Below are positions 17,473 to 26,691 of a stretch of DNA of 40,467 nucleotides, one piece after another. The notes below the pieces were generated by a model, which saw only the letters and a program-made list of their open reading frames with translations, was not told the origin of the DNA and did not search any database. The first letter of the stretch is position 1; every line of letters begins with the position of its first letter. The translations under genes were made by a program, and so were the position numbers. Origin of the DNA: Lacibacter sp. (GTDB taxonomy: Bacteria; Bacteroidota; Bacteroidia; Chitinophagales; Chitinophagaceae); NCBI GenBank assembly GCA_036675885.1, contig JAKFDY010000539.1, positions 1 to 40,467 on the forward strand, in the 5' to 3' direction.

Positions 17473-19374
17473 TTGAACGTGTTTGTTCGCATTGGTTTAC
17501 TGTGCTGTTTGCTTTTTTGTGTGAGTATTTTATCTGCCCAGCAAAAAACACTTCCTCCCCGCCCCTCACAATCAAGTGACACGGTAAGGGTCGTTGAGAT
17601 CCTGAAGACCAATCGTTTTGATTTCAGAACAATTGATTCAGCCACTCAATTACAAATACTTGTGGGAGATGTGCATATTCGCCAGGGAGGCACTTTGTTT
17701 TGGGCCGATAGTGTTGTGTATAACGAAAAAGCAAACTTCATGCAGGCTTATGGCAACGTACATATAAACGATGCCGATTCAGTAAACATCTATTCCCAAT
17801 ACTTGCAATACGATGGCGCAAAGAAATTAGCCACTTTTCGTGATAAAGTAAAACTCAGCGATGGCAACAGCACATTGTACACCGATGAGATGGATTACGA
17901 TATGAATGGCAAAGTGGGAACTTACCGTAACGGTGGCCGTATAGAAAGCAAACAAACCACACTCTACAGTAAAGAAGGTTTTTATTATGCTGATATAAAA
18001 GATATTTACTTCATCGGTAATGTAAAAATGAGTGACCCCGAAGTGGCGCTGGCAAGTGATTCGCTGCTATACAATACCAGCAGCCAGGTTGCAACGTTTA
18101 TTGCCCCAACAACCATCAAAAGCGGGCAATCGACAATCAGAACAAAAGAAGGTTATTATGATCTGAAGTTGAAGAAGTCGAAATTCAGCAAACGATTTAT
18201 TATCGAGGATAGTACTTCCACTATGGTTGCCGATGATGGTGCTTTTGATGATAAAACTGGTTTTGGAGAAGTAATAGGAAATGTGCAATACAAAGACACG
18301 GCACAAGGTGCCATGCTTTTTGCCAACCGTGTTTTCTTTAATAAAGAGAAAAAGAATTTTCTGGCAACCGAAAAACCAGTGATGGTGGTGGTGCAAAATA
18401 AAGATTCAGTTTACATTGCTGCCGATACCATTTACTCTGGCCTGATGAGAGACCTGGCCGGAATGAAGAACGGTTATATCAGCGCATTTGATACAGTGAA
18501 AGGAAAACAGATTATTCAGGTTGATTCAATTTTAAAGAACGATTCAAGTATCCTCATTAAAGATTCATCAGCAGTTAATGTTGATAGTATTGCTGTTCAA
18601 ACAAAAGATACCATTGCAGCAGTCGTTGAAAAGCCAATCATCGTTACACAAAAAGATTCCATCAGCAACAAACCTCCCCCACTTAAAGTAAAGCCGGTAT
18701 TGGTATTAAGTGATTCAACAAAAATACCAAGAGTAGATAGTAATGCTGTTGCAATAGTTGATTCTTCTACCATCAGGAAAATACGACCAAAAGAAGAAAC
18801 AGATACACTTCGTTTTATTACTGCCTTCAGGCATGTGCGCATCTTTAATGATTCGTTACAGGCAGTGGCTGACAGTTTATTCTACTCCGGTGTAGATAGT
18901 GTGTTTCAACTTTTTCATGATCCTGTTGCATGGAGCAAAGGCAGCCAGGTAACAGGCGATACCATTTTCATCTTCACAGAAAACAAAAAACCAAAACGTC
19001 TTTACGTATTCGAGAACGGATTGCTTGTGCAAAGTGTAAAAGAAAGTTCAAGTTTCTTTAACCAGATCAAAGGGCGTACCATCAACGGTTATTTCATCAA
19101 TGGTGAACTTGATTTTGTAAAAGCAAAAGGCACTGCAGAAAGTATTTATTATGCGCAGGACGATGACAGTGCTTTTGTTGGTATGAACCGCACCACTGCT
19201 GATATGATCGATATGTATTTCAAGGATCGCAGTCCGCAGAAAGTAAAATTCACCAGTTCGGTAAAAGGCACCACCTTCCCTATTCGCCAGTTACCTGAAG
19301 AGCAAAAGAAACTCCAAAACTTTCAATGGCTCGAAAACAAACGGCCAAAGAATAAACTGGAGTTGTTCTTATAA
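17473..19374 (+). CDS. OstA-like (LptA/LptD N-terminal beta-jellyroll repeat) protein
   Basis: Signal peptide and repeated GDVHIRQ/ADSV/AYGNVHI/DSLLY/ADSLFY/GDTIF motifs. The TTG start abuts the mlaD stop. Confidence 0.85.
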   Translation: MNVFVRIGLLCCLLFCVSILSAQQKTLPPRPSQSSDTVRVVEILKTNRFDFRTIDSATQLQILVGDVHIRQGGTLFWADSVVYNEKANFMQAYGNVHINDADSVNIYSQYLQYDGAKKLATFRDKVKLSDGNSTLYTDEMDYDMNGKVGTYRNGGRIESKQTTLYSKEGFYYADIKDIYFIGNVKMSDPEVALASDSLLYNTSSQVATFIAPTTIKSGQSTIRTKEGYYDLKLKKSKFSKRFIIEDSTSTMVADDGAFDDKTGFGEVIGNVQYKDTAQGAMLFANRVFFNKEKKNFLATEKPVMVVVQNKDSVYIAADTIYSGLMRDLAGMKNGYISAFDTVKGKQIIQVDSILKNDSSILIKDSSAVNVDSIAVQTKDTIAAVVEKPIIVTQKDSISNKPPPLKVKPVLVLSDSTKIPRVDSNAVAIVDSSTIRKIRPKEETDTLRFITAFRHVRIFNDSLQAVADSLFYSGVDSVFQLFHDPVAWSKGSQVTGDTIFIFTENKKPKRLYVFENGLLVQSVKESSSFFNQIKGRTINGYFINGELDFVKAKGTAESIYYAQDDDSAFVGMNRTTADMIDMYFKDRSPQKVKFTSSVKGTTFPIRQLPEEQKKLQNFQWLENKRPKNKLELFL

Positions 19375-20649
19375 TTAAAATAACATTCGTTCAAGGAGAA
19401 ACACAGCAATAGCTGCAAAGAAACCAACCAGCGCCAGCCAGCTTATTTTCTTGAGATACCACACAAAGTTTATGGCTTCAATACCCATTGCTGCAACACC
19501 TGCTGCCGACCCAATAATGATAGCACTGCCTCCGGTACCTGTTGTTAATGCAAGAAATTCCCAAAACGGATGATCGGTTGGATACGTTGAAAGATCGTAC
19601 ATGCCTTGTGCTGCTGCAACAAGCGGAACGTTATCAACCAACGCAGAAAGTAAACCAAGTGCTGTACCAATTAAATAATCGTTCTTGAAAAAAGCATTGA
19701 GATGTGTGGCTGCTTCTTTCAACAATCCATTTGATTGTAAAGCAGCAACAGCCAATAATATTCCAAGGAAAAAAAGAATACTGGGTGTATCGATCTTTTG
19801 CAAAGCCCCGGCAACACTATAACGCTGCATCAGCCTCTCCTCTTTCTTTTTATGAATTACAGTTGTTATGATCCACATACAGCCTAGGGCAAGCAACATA
19901 CCCATGAATGGTGGCAGGTGCGTAACCGTTTTAAACAATGGTACAAAAACAAGAAAGCCCAAACCCGTTGCAAGAATAATTTTCCCTTCTCTTTTATCAG
20001 TTTCTGAAGAAGTTGCTTTAGGCATGGCAATGATCTTCTTTCCTCTGAACCTGTACATAACGATCAGCACAGGTATAATGGATGCAACCAAACTCGGCAG
20101 AAACAGTTGCTTAATGATGTGCATCGCAGTTATTTGTCCGCCTATCCATAACATGGTTGTTGTAACATCACCTAAAGGCGACCATGCACCACCAGCATTT
20201 GCAGCAATAACAATCATACCTGCAAACCAAAGCCTGTCTTCTCTTTCACTCAACAACTTTGCACACAAAGAGGTCATCACAATCGTTGTGGTTAAATTAT
20301 CCAGTATAGCCGATAAGAAAAATGTGATACAGGAAACAATTAAAAGCAGCCTGCTCTTATTAGTGGTATTTATTTGCCGGGTAATAATAGAGAAGCCATT
20401 GTGAGAATCGATCAGCTCCACAATCGTCATGGCACCCAGCAGGAAAAACAAGATCGATGCAATATCGCCGATGTGATGCATTAAGGCTTCGTTTACATCA
20501 TGCGATGCCCCGCTTTCAAACATAAAAATAGTCCAGCAGATTGCCCCGGTAAGCAAGGCTGTTGCAGCTTTATTGATCTTTACAATATGCTCAAATGCGA
20601 TCAATAAATATCCCAGAATAAAAATAGCGATGATTAAAAATGTAGCCAT
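19375..20649 (-). CDS. nhaD: Na+/H+ antiporter NhaD family
   Basis: Multiple TM helices; LGAMTIVELID, SAILDNLTT, AANAGGAWSPLGDVTT, SALVDNVPL, GTGGSAIIIGSAAGV. Start MATF is supported by TATATTTG at 20671-20678. Confidence 0.92.
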   Translation of the reverse strand: MATFLIIAIFILGYLLIAFEHIVKINKAATALLTGAICWTIFMFESGASHDVNEALMHHIGDIASILFFLLGAMTIVELIDSHNGFSIITRQINTTNKSRLLLIVSCITFFLSAILDNLTTTIVMTSLCAKLLSEREDRLWFAGMIVIAANAGGAWSPLGDVTTTMLWIGGQITAMHIIKQLFLPSLVASIIPVLIVMYRFRGKKIIAMPKATSSETDKREGKIILATGLGFLVFVPLFKTVTHLPPFMGMLLALGCMWIITTVIHKKKEERLMQRYSVAGALQKIDTPSILFFLGILLAVAALQSNGLLKEAATHLNAFFKNDYLIGTALGLLSALVDNVPLVAAAQGMYDLSTYPTDHPFWEFLALTTGTGGSAIIIGSAAGVAAMGIEAINFVWYLKKISWLALVGFFAAIAVFLLERMLF

Positions 20650-20898
20650 ACTGAACCAGGTTGAATGCTTCAAATATAAAGCATAATAAAAGAACCCTTC
20701 CCGTCAACTGATCATTCACATACCGTAAACAGGAAACTCATTTCAGGTCTTACTGTTTGTTAAGTTTTCTTTCACACAGCTAAACAACAAATAACCGTTA
20801 CTATGTAAGAGAAGCCGGCTGTTGAGTTTAACAACTTACATTAAAACCACAGATCTTATTGGCATTATTTTAGTTCATAAGAACGCAATTCCATCACC

Positions 20899-21357
20899 AT
20901 GATTTATAAAAGCATTCTTGCATCATTTGTTCTTATTGTAATATTTGTAACCTCTTCGTCTGCACAATACCGTCACCAGGCAGGTGTTCGTTTAGGCAGT
21001 GCCGACCAGGTTGTATCAACCGGTTTTACCTATCGTTATCATTTCAATAATGGCAAAGCAGTGGAAGCAATTCTTAATCTGAGAGATCCCATTTCATTGG
21101 GCGCTTTGTATGAAGTGTTCAAACCCATCAATGCTGTTCCCAACCTGCAATGGTATTATGGCGGTGGTGCGTTCGTTGGGTTCACCGGCTTCGATAATTT
21201 TGGCATTACCGGCATTGCAGGAGTTGACTACCAGTTTGCCGAAGTGCCCATTAATCTTTCGATTGACTGGAAACCTGAATTAACATTAATTGAAGGTGTT
21301 CAGTTCCGGGCATCAACTGTTGCCGTATCTGTTCGATTCTCGTTTCTCAAAAAATAA
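20899..21357 (+). CDS. Small outer-membrane beta-barrel hypothetical protein
   Basis: Signal peptide; GVRLG, WYYGGG, GVDYQFAEVPINLSIDWKP, C-terminal SVRFSF. Confidence 0.75.
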   Translation: MIYKSILASFVLIVIFVTSSSAQYRHQAGVRLGSADQVVSTGFTYRYHFNNGKAVEAILNLRDPISLGALYEVFKPINAVPNLQWYYGGGAFVGFTGFDNFGITGIAGVDYQFAEVPINLSIDWKPELTLIEGVQFRASTVAVSVRFSFLKK

Positions 21358-21378
21358 TTTCGTTCTCTTGGTTTCTGA

Positions 21379-21410
21379 AAAAGGTCTGATCTTCATCGGG
21401 CCTTTTCTTT
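21379..21410 (+). terminator. Rho-independent terminator
   Basis: AAAAGGTCTGAT-CTTC-ATCGGGCCTTTT followed by CTTT. Confidence 0.7.
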
Positions 21411-21480
21411 GCTATTAAGGTTGGCAACCTTGAAAAACACAGACCTTTCTTTTTCATGATTGCTATTGTAACTTTATTGC

Positions 21481-22992
21481 ATGAAGATATTTACAGCCGA
21501 TCAGATCAGATCATGGGATGCATTTACCATTGCACAGGAACCGGTTGCTTCCATTGATCTGATGGAGCGTGCTGCCCTCGCCTGCAGTAACTGGATATTG
21601 CAACATCAGTTCTCAAAAAAGAAACTGCATATTTTTTGCGGCAAAGGAAATAATGGCGGTGATGGACTTGCGATTGCACGCCTCCTGTTACAGGAAGGCG
21701 TTTCTGTTGTTGTGTACATTTTTGAAACGGGCGCAAAAGGCACAGATGATTTTCAACATAATCTTGAACGGTTGCACAAGCTCACCAAAGAAATTCATTT
21801 CATTCAATCAGCAGAATTCTTTCCTGCATTAACAGCTGATGATGCAGCAATCGATGCATTGCTTGGCACCGGTTTAAATAAACCAATCGATGGTTTAATG
21901 CTTCAGCTGGCAGAGCACATCAGCAACTCTCCTGCTTCTGTTATTTCCATTGACATACCAACAGGTATGTTTGCCGATAAAAGCTGCAAAGAATATACCT
22001 GCATAAGAGCCGATCATACGTTGAGTTTCCAGGTTTACAAACTCTGTTTTATGATGCAGGAAAATGCAGATTGGTTTGGTGAAGTGCACCTGCTTGATAT
22101 TGGTTTGCATCCAACTTATTATCATGAAACAATTGCGTATCATCAACTCATCGATAGAGAGATGATTACTTCCATCTACCATAAACGAAAACCATTTGCA
22201 CACAAAACTGTGTTTGGTCATGCATTGATCATAGCAGGCAGCTATGGAAAAAACGGGGCAGCTGTGCTATCTGCAAAAGCAGCTTTGCGAAGCGGTGCCG
22301 GTTTACTAACGGTGCATACGCCTAAATGCGGCTATACTGTATTACAATCAACCGTACCGGAAGCAATGCTTGAAACAGATGTTGAAGAACGACATCTCTC
22401 CACACTTCCAACAGATATGTCGAGATATACTGCTATTGGTATTGGACCGGGCATTGGGCTGCATGAACAAACAGCAGGATTATTAATGAACCTGCTGCAC
22501 ACAGCACATCAACCCGTTGTGCTCGATGCAGATGCATTAAACCTGTTATCGATCAAAAGAGATCTGACGAAACACTTGCATGAGGAATGTATCCTCACTC
22601 CTCACCCAAAAGAATTTGAACGTTTATTCGGTAAAACAAATAATGATTTTGAACGTAAAGAACTGGCGCTGCAAAAAGCGGAAGAGTTGAATTGCGTGAT
22701 TGTATTGAAAGGTCATCATACATTTATTGCTAACCCGAATGGTGATGCCTGGTTTAATAACACAGGCAATGCAGGTATGGCAACTGCCGGCAGCGGCGAT
22801 GTATTAACCGGCATTTTAACCGGTTTACTTGCACAAGGGTATAGTGCAGAAGAAGCAGCGATATTGGGCGTGTACATTCATGGAGCCGCAGGTGATTTTG
22901 CTGCACAACAGTTATCGCAGGAAGCAATGATGGCGGGTGATATCAATCAACATATCAGCAATGCATTTCTTCAACTGTCTCAAACGATTTAA
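21481..22992 (+). CDS. nnr: Bifunctional NAD(P)H-hydrate epimerase/dehydratase
   Basis: LMERAA, CGKGNNGGDG, DALLGTG, IDIPTG; AALRSGAGL, IGPGIG, LDADAL, LTPHPKE, VLKG, MATAGSGDVLTG. Confidence 0.95.
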   Translation: MKIFTADQIRSWDAFTIAQEPVASIDLMERAALACSNWILQHQFSKKKLHIFCGKGNNGGDGLAIARLLLQEGVSVVVYIFETGAKGTDDFQHNLERLHKLTKEIHFIQSAEFFPALTADDAAIDALLGTGLNKPIDGLMLQLAEHISNSPASVISIDIPTGMFADKSCKEYTCIRADHTLSFQVYKLCFMMQENADWFGEVHLLDIGLHPTYYHETIAYHQLIDREMITSIYHKRKPFAHKTVFGHALIIAGSYGKNGAAVLSAKAALRSGAGLLTVHTPKCGYTVLQSTVPEAMLETDVEERHLSTLPTDMSRYTAIGIGPGIGLHEQTAGLLMNLLHTAHQPVVLDADALNLLSIKRDLTKHLHEECILTPHPKEFERLFGKTNNDFERKELALQKAEELNCVIVLKGHHTFIANPNGDAWFNNTGNAGMATAGSGDVLTGILTGLLAQGYSAEEAAILGVYIHGAAGDFAAQQLSQEAMMAGDINQHISNAFLQLSQTI

Positions 22993-22995
22993 TTC

Positions 22996-24108
22996 ATGCA
23001 GTTGAAGATCGCATTGAAATTATTTGCCTATCTCCTGCCGTTTTTATTGATTGTATTTGATGCTTCATCACAAACAAAAAATGATTCAGCAGTTAATAAA
23101 AATCATTTAATCGCATTACCTGTTATTTCCCGATCCATTGAAACTGATTGGTCGTTTGGTGCGGGCGGCACCTATACATTTTATACAACAAGAAAAAAAG
23201 ATTCCTCCACCCGCACTTCGTCTATCCGTTTTCTTGGTAGTTACTCTTTGCGAAAACAATTTTTGTTTACGATCAATGGACCGGTATTTTTTCCGGGGGA
23301 GAAATATATTCTCAACAGTCATTTCTCCTTCAGCTCTTTTCCAGATCGTTTTTGGGGAGTAGGTAATCATACGCCTGACAGCAACGAAGAAGAATATAAT
23401 TTCAAACAATTCTATGTACGGTTGCATGGTGAACGTTTGCTGGGACAAAAATTATTTGCAGGACTCATTTACGATTTTCAACGGGTGATCAATATCAATA
23501 CACAACCGGGTGGTTTGTTTGATCAGCAAAATGTTGCAGGCAAACATCCTTACCTGGTATCAGGTTTGGGATTAAGTTTTTCCTGGGACACACGCAACAA
23601 TACCTTCTGGCCAAACAAAGGACATCTATTTTCGTTGCAGGCCACGCATTATACATCACTGTTGTTTTCTGATCATCGATTCAACAATATCACAGCAGAT
23701 GCAAGATGGTTCAGACAGATCACACGTAAGCAGATACTTGCACTGCAGGGTTATATCTTTTTAAATACAGGTGCCGATGTGCCCATCAGGAGTATTGCCT
23801 CTCTTGGCGGTGCCGACCGGATGCGTGGCTTTTTTAACGGCAGATACAGAGATGATCATTTGCTGAGTTTACAAACAGAATATCGTATTCATTTGTATAA
23901 ACGCATCAGTGCCGTTGGCTTTGCAGGAATGGGTGATGTGGCAGGACGTTTCAGTACACTTTCTTTACAACGTTTAAAATATTCGTATGGCGGCGGACTC
24001 CGTTTTGCTGTAAACAAAAATGAAAAACTGCATATCCGTTTCGATTATGGTTTTGGAAGTGGTAAAGGCAACAATGGTTTTTACCTTCAGTTTGGAGAAG
24101 CGTTTTAA
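22996..24108 (+). CDS. BamA/TamA (Omp85)-family outer membrane protein, barrel only
   Basis: Signal peptide, WDTRNNTFWPNKG, LGGADRMRGF..GRYRD, YGGGLRF, C-terminal FGEAF. Confidence 0.82.
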   Translation: MQLKIALKLFAYLLPFLLIVFDASSQTKNDSAVNKNHLIALPVISRSIETDWSFGAGGTYTFYTTRKKDSSTRTSSIRFLGSYSLRKQFLFTINGPVFFPGEKYILNSHFSFSSFPDRFWGVGNHTPDSNEEEYNFKQFYVRLHGERLLGQKLFAGLIYDFQRVININTQPGGLFDQQNVAGKHPYLVSGLGLSFSWDTRNNTFWPNKGHLFSLQATHYTSLLFSDHRFNNITADARWFRQITRKQILALQGYIFLNTGADVPIRSIASLGGADRMRGFFNGRYRDDHLLSLQTEYRIHLYKRISAVGFAGMGDVAGRFSTLSLQRLKYSYGGGLRFAVNKNEKLHIRFDYGFGSGKGNNGFYLQFGEAF

Positions 24109-24132
24109 ACATCTTTTGTTATTTTTGATGAA

Positions 24133-24455
24133 ATGAGTTCCTATTTCAACTTTATTGATACAAAAGCACTTGATAAAAAAGTTCAAACAGGCGAATTCCC
24201 TTTCAGCCAGAATCTTTTTTGGGACACTTCTATTGAGAAAATTGACCTGAAAAAAATCAGCGATATATAATTGAGCGGGTTTTAACCCGTGGATTTCTTG
24301 AAGACTTCTACATACTTCTCCAGCTTTATACAACCAGCGAATTAAAAGAAGCGATTCTTAAGAGCAGGGAACTAGATGCCAAAACCATCAACTTCTGCAG
24401 CAACTATTTCAATATCCCTAAACCGGAAATGCATGCTTCATCTTTCTACAATTGA
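24133..24455 (+). pseudogene. DUF6922-like putative antitoxin, frameshifted in an A7 run
   Basis: ATG 24133 gives MSSYF...FSQNLFWDTSIEKIDLKK and then a stop. Adding one A at 24250-24256 continues NQRYIIERVLTRGFLEDF...LDAKTINFCSNYFNIPKPEMHASSFYN (107 aa), overlapping the next start. Confidence 0.8.
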
Positions 24456-25050
24456 AACAGAAACCTTCAGTCTGCTGAAGGTGCTTTTCAAATTAGATGA
24501 AATAAAAGAGCATTTTGCGTTAGCAGGCAGCACTTCACTTTCCTTACAGGTTGGACACCGGAAATCAATTGATCTTGATTTGTTCACAACACAACCATTT
24601 AATGTAAGAGATATCGAGTTATTACTCTCCGGTGAATATAAGAACGATTTCACTTTTGTAAACAGCTCAAAGAGAATGCTGTTTTCTTACATAAAGAATA
24701 TCAAGTGCGATTTTGTGACTGAGCCTGCAACACTCATTACTTCATTTATAGAAACAGAAGGCATTCGCTTGTTCAGCATCGCAGATATTGCAGCTATGAA
24801 AATGCATACTGTTTGTGGCAGAGGAAAAAGGAAAGACTTCTTTGATATTTATGTATTAACTGAATTATATGGTTGGGAACAATTGCTAAAATGGTTTGAA
24901 CACAAATATGGAACCGATCAGTTTTCTTTTTTGTGGCGCAGCATAACGTATTTTGAAGATGCCGATGAAGATGCTGATATCGAAGGACTTTATCCCTACT
25001 CCAAAACATGGGACGAAATAAAACTTTACATTACTGAACACTGTAAATAA
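24433..25050 (+). CDS. Nucleotidyltransferase, AbiEii/AbiGii toxin family
   Basis: Start MLHLSTIE; FALAGSTSLSLQVGHRKSIDLDLF, DIAAMK, RGKRKDFFDIY, SITYFEDAD. Confidence 0.88.
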   Translation: MLHLSTIETETFSLLKVLFKLDEIKEHFALAGSTSLSLQVGHRKSIDLDLFTTQPFNVRDIELLLSGEYKNDFTFVNSSKRMLFSYIKNIKCDFVTEPATLITSFIETEGIRLFSIADIAAMKMHTVCGRGKRKDFFDIYVLTELYGWEQLLKWFEHKYGTDQFSFLWRSITYFEDADEDADIEGLYPYSKTWDEIKLYITEHCK

Positions 25051-25051
25051 A

Positions 25052-25081
25052 AAAGGCAGTCCGTATAAACGGACCGCCTTT
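25052..25081. terminator. Probable bidirectional terminator between convergent genes
   Basis: AAAGGC-A-GTCCGT-ATAA-ACGGAC-C-GCCTTT with an A-run on the left. Confidence 0.75.
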
Positions 25082-25101
25082 GAACTTAACCAAAAACCAA
25101 C

Positions 25102-25503
25102 CTAACTAATCTTAATCTCCTGTTCTTTTGTTTGCGCACCTGCAATAACAGGTAAGCTCACCTGCAACACACCATCTTCATACTTCGCTGTAATAGCGGA
25201 AGCATCAATGGTTTCATCTAAGGTGAAGGTGCGTACAAAACCACCACGGCTGTATTCACGCAATACCCAATCGAATCGTGGAAAGCCATCCGGTGGTGTA
25301 TAGGAAATAGTTAACTCATTCCCTTTTACATTCACCGCAAAATGTTCCTTAATACGTCCGGGTGCAAATACCAGCATTTCAAAACTGGTTTCGGTTTTGT
25401 AAATATTAACTGCGGCTCGTTGCATTGAACGGTAAAGCAGGTGCCGTTTGCTGCTTCCGTAGTAATCGCCTTTTGCGGCGTGTGACTGATGATACATAGT
25501 CAT
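25102..25503 (-). CDS. Hsp20/alpha-crystallin small heat shock protein
   Basis: AVNIYKTETSFEMLVFAPG, REYSRGGFVRTFTLDETID, AKYEDGVLQVSLP. Confidence 0.92.
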   Translation of the reverse strand: MTMYHQSHAAKGDYYGSSKRHLLYRSMQRAAVNIYKTETSFEMLVFAPGRIKEHFAVNVKGNELTISYTPPDGFPRFDWVLREYSRGGFVRTFTLDETIDASAITAKYEDGVLQVSLPVIAGAQTKEQEIKIS

Positions 25504-25539
25504 TTCTTTTTTGTTAGAAAAAATGTTTACTCTAATTCA

Positions 25540-25565
25540 GACGCACAGAGAAAGAAAATACTTTA
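25540..25565 (-). promoter_or_regulatory. Putative ECF-sigma promoter of hsp20
   Basis: Minus strand TAAAGTA-N15-CGTC; the same motif lies upstream of the sigma gene. Confidence 0.55.
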
Positions 25566-25589
25566 GGATGAAATATGCAGATATGGTTC

Positions 25590-25643
25590 ATGGCTAAAGC
25601 CATAGCATGTTTAAAATTAAATACCCCGACCTGAAGGTCGGGG
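25590..25643. repeat. REP-like bipartite palindromic element
   Basis: ATGGCT-AA-AGCCAT (25590-25603) and CCCCGACCT-GA-AGGTCGGGG (25624-25643). Confidence 0.65.
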
Positions 25644-25653
25644 CAAGTAATAC

Positions 25654-25680
25654 AAAGCCCGAACAATAAGTCCGGGTTTC
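25654..25680 (-). terminator. Possible terminator after 25700..26062
   Basis: Minus strand CCCGGAC-TTATT-GTTCGGG followed by CTTTGTATT. Confidence 0.5.
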
Positions 25681-25699
25681 ATAATCATAGTAAATGTTT

Positions 25700-26062
25700 T
25701 TATAAACTTTGTTCCTGTGTTGGTTTGTTCTCAGGTTTAATTTCTTTCTCTGCGGGATAATGACCGCAACGCTTCCACCACTCCTGTTTAAACTTTGCTT
25801 TTTCTTCATCGGTCATGTTGCTCCAGTTTTGTTTCCAGGCCGGGCCACCTCGGTGTTTTCCTTTGCCACCAAAACCGCTGAACAATATCTTACTTAATAA
25901 AAGTATACCTATTGCCTGCCAGAAGCTGATCACATGAAAACCTGTTGCCGGCACCAAAGCTGTATTCCACAAAAACATCACCAGCCATCCAAACCCAAAC
26001 ACTGCTGCAATAATCAGCACGGGTATAAAGGCCATCCATTTTTTATTCCTGTTCCTCATCAT
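25700..26062 (-). CDS. Small membrane protein co-transcribed with the ECF sigma (possible regulator)
   Basis: Two hydrophobic segments (VMFLWN, ISFWQAIGILLLSKILF) and a charged tail WSNMTDEEKAKFK. Lies 11 nt after the sigma stop. Confidence 0.75.
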   Translation of the reverse strand: MMRNRNKKWMAFIPVLIIAAVFGFGWLVMFLWNTALVPATGFHVISFWQAIGILLLSKILFSGFGGKGKHRGGPAWKQNWSNMTDEEKAKFKQEWWKRCGHYPAEKEIKPENKPTQEQSL

Positions 26063-26073
26063 CGTTAAAAATA

Positions 26074-26640
26074 TTAATTGTTTAGAAAATCGTTGTACAA
26101 TGTTTCAAGTCTTGTACGCAGGTGTAACACTGCATACCGCTTGCGTGAGATAATGGTTTTAATATTTTCATTTTCACGGTCGGCAATTTCCTGGAGCGTC
26201 ATATCCTCCAGTTCGTTCCACACAAATACGTTTCGTTGTTTTTCCGGAAGTTCCTGCAGGGCATCCATCAATTCATCCCAAAACAAACGCTGCATACTTT
26301 GTGTTTCGGCATTTTCATCGTCACTGCGCAGGATCGATGAAAAGAAACTAACACCGTCGTCATCTTCGTAGGAATAATCATCCAGTAATGCATCTTTCTT
26401 TTTCCTTGATTTATCAATGATGCGGTTGCGGGCTACCCGGTATAACCATCCCCCGATATTATTGATATCGTCCACAGCCGGTAAGTTGCTGAACTGGTAC
26501 CACACATCCTGCAGAATGTCTTCAGCGTCTTCGTTGGTCTTTACACGGCTACGTATAAAGCCAAACAACTGCCTGCTGTAGTTGCTTATGGTTGATATGA
26601 TCGTTTGCTGTCGGGCCATTGCCTCCATGCCATCGTACAT
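26074..26640 (-). CDS. ECF-type RNA polymerase sigma-70 factor
   Basis: Region 2 DAEDILQDVW, WLYRVARNRIID; region 4 LQELPEKQRNVF..MTLQEIA. The start may be a few codons later. Confidence 0.93.
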   Translation of the reverse strand: MYDGMEAMARQQTIISTISNYSRQLFGFIRSRVKTNEDAEDILQDVWYQFSNLPAVDDINNIGGWLYRVARNRIIDKSRKKKDALLDDYSYEDDDGVSFFSSILRSDDENAETQSMQRLFWDELMDALQELPEKQRNVFVWNELEDMTLQEIADRENENIKTIISRKRYAVLHLRTRLETLYNDFLNN

Positions 26641-26653
26641 TTGTTTAAGAAAG

Positions 26654-26679
26654 AACGACGGCCGATTAATTTTACTTTA
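26654..26679 (-). promoter_or_regulatory. Putative autoregulatory ECF promoter
   Basis: Minus strand TAAAGTA-N15-CGTT. Confidence 0.55.
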
Positions 26680-26691
26680 AAGATGAGGAAA

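Noticed and set aside
20859-20874. Possible sigma-54 promoters (TTGGCATTATTTTAGT here; TTGGAATGATGTTTGG near 29578)
   Set aside because: The -12 GC is missing; too weak without TSS data.
24376-24432. Longer start for the nucleotidyltransferase
   Set aside because: It lies inside the DUF6922-like gene; MLHLSTIE at 24433 is the more plausible start.
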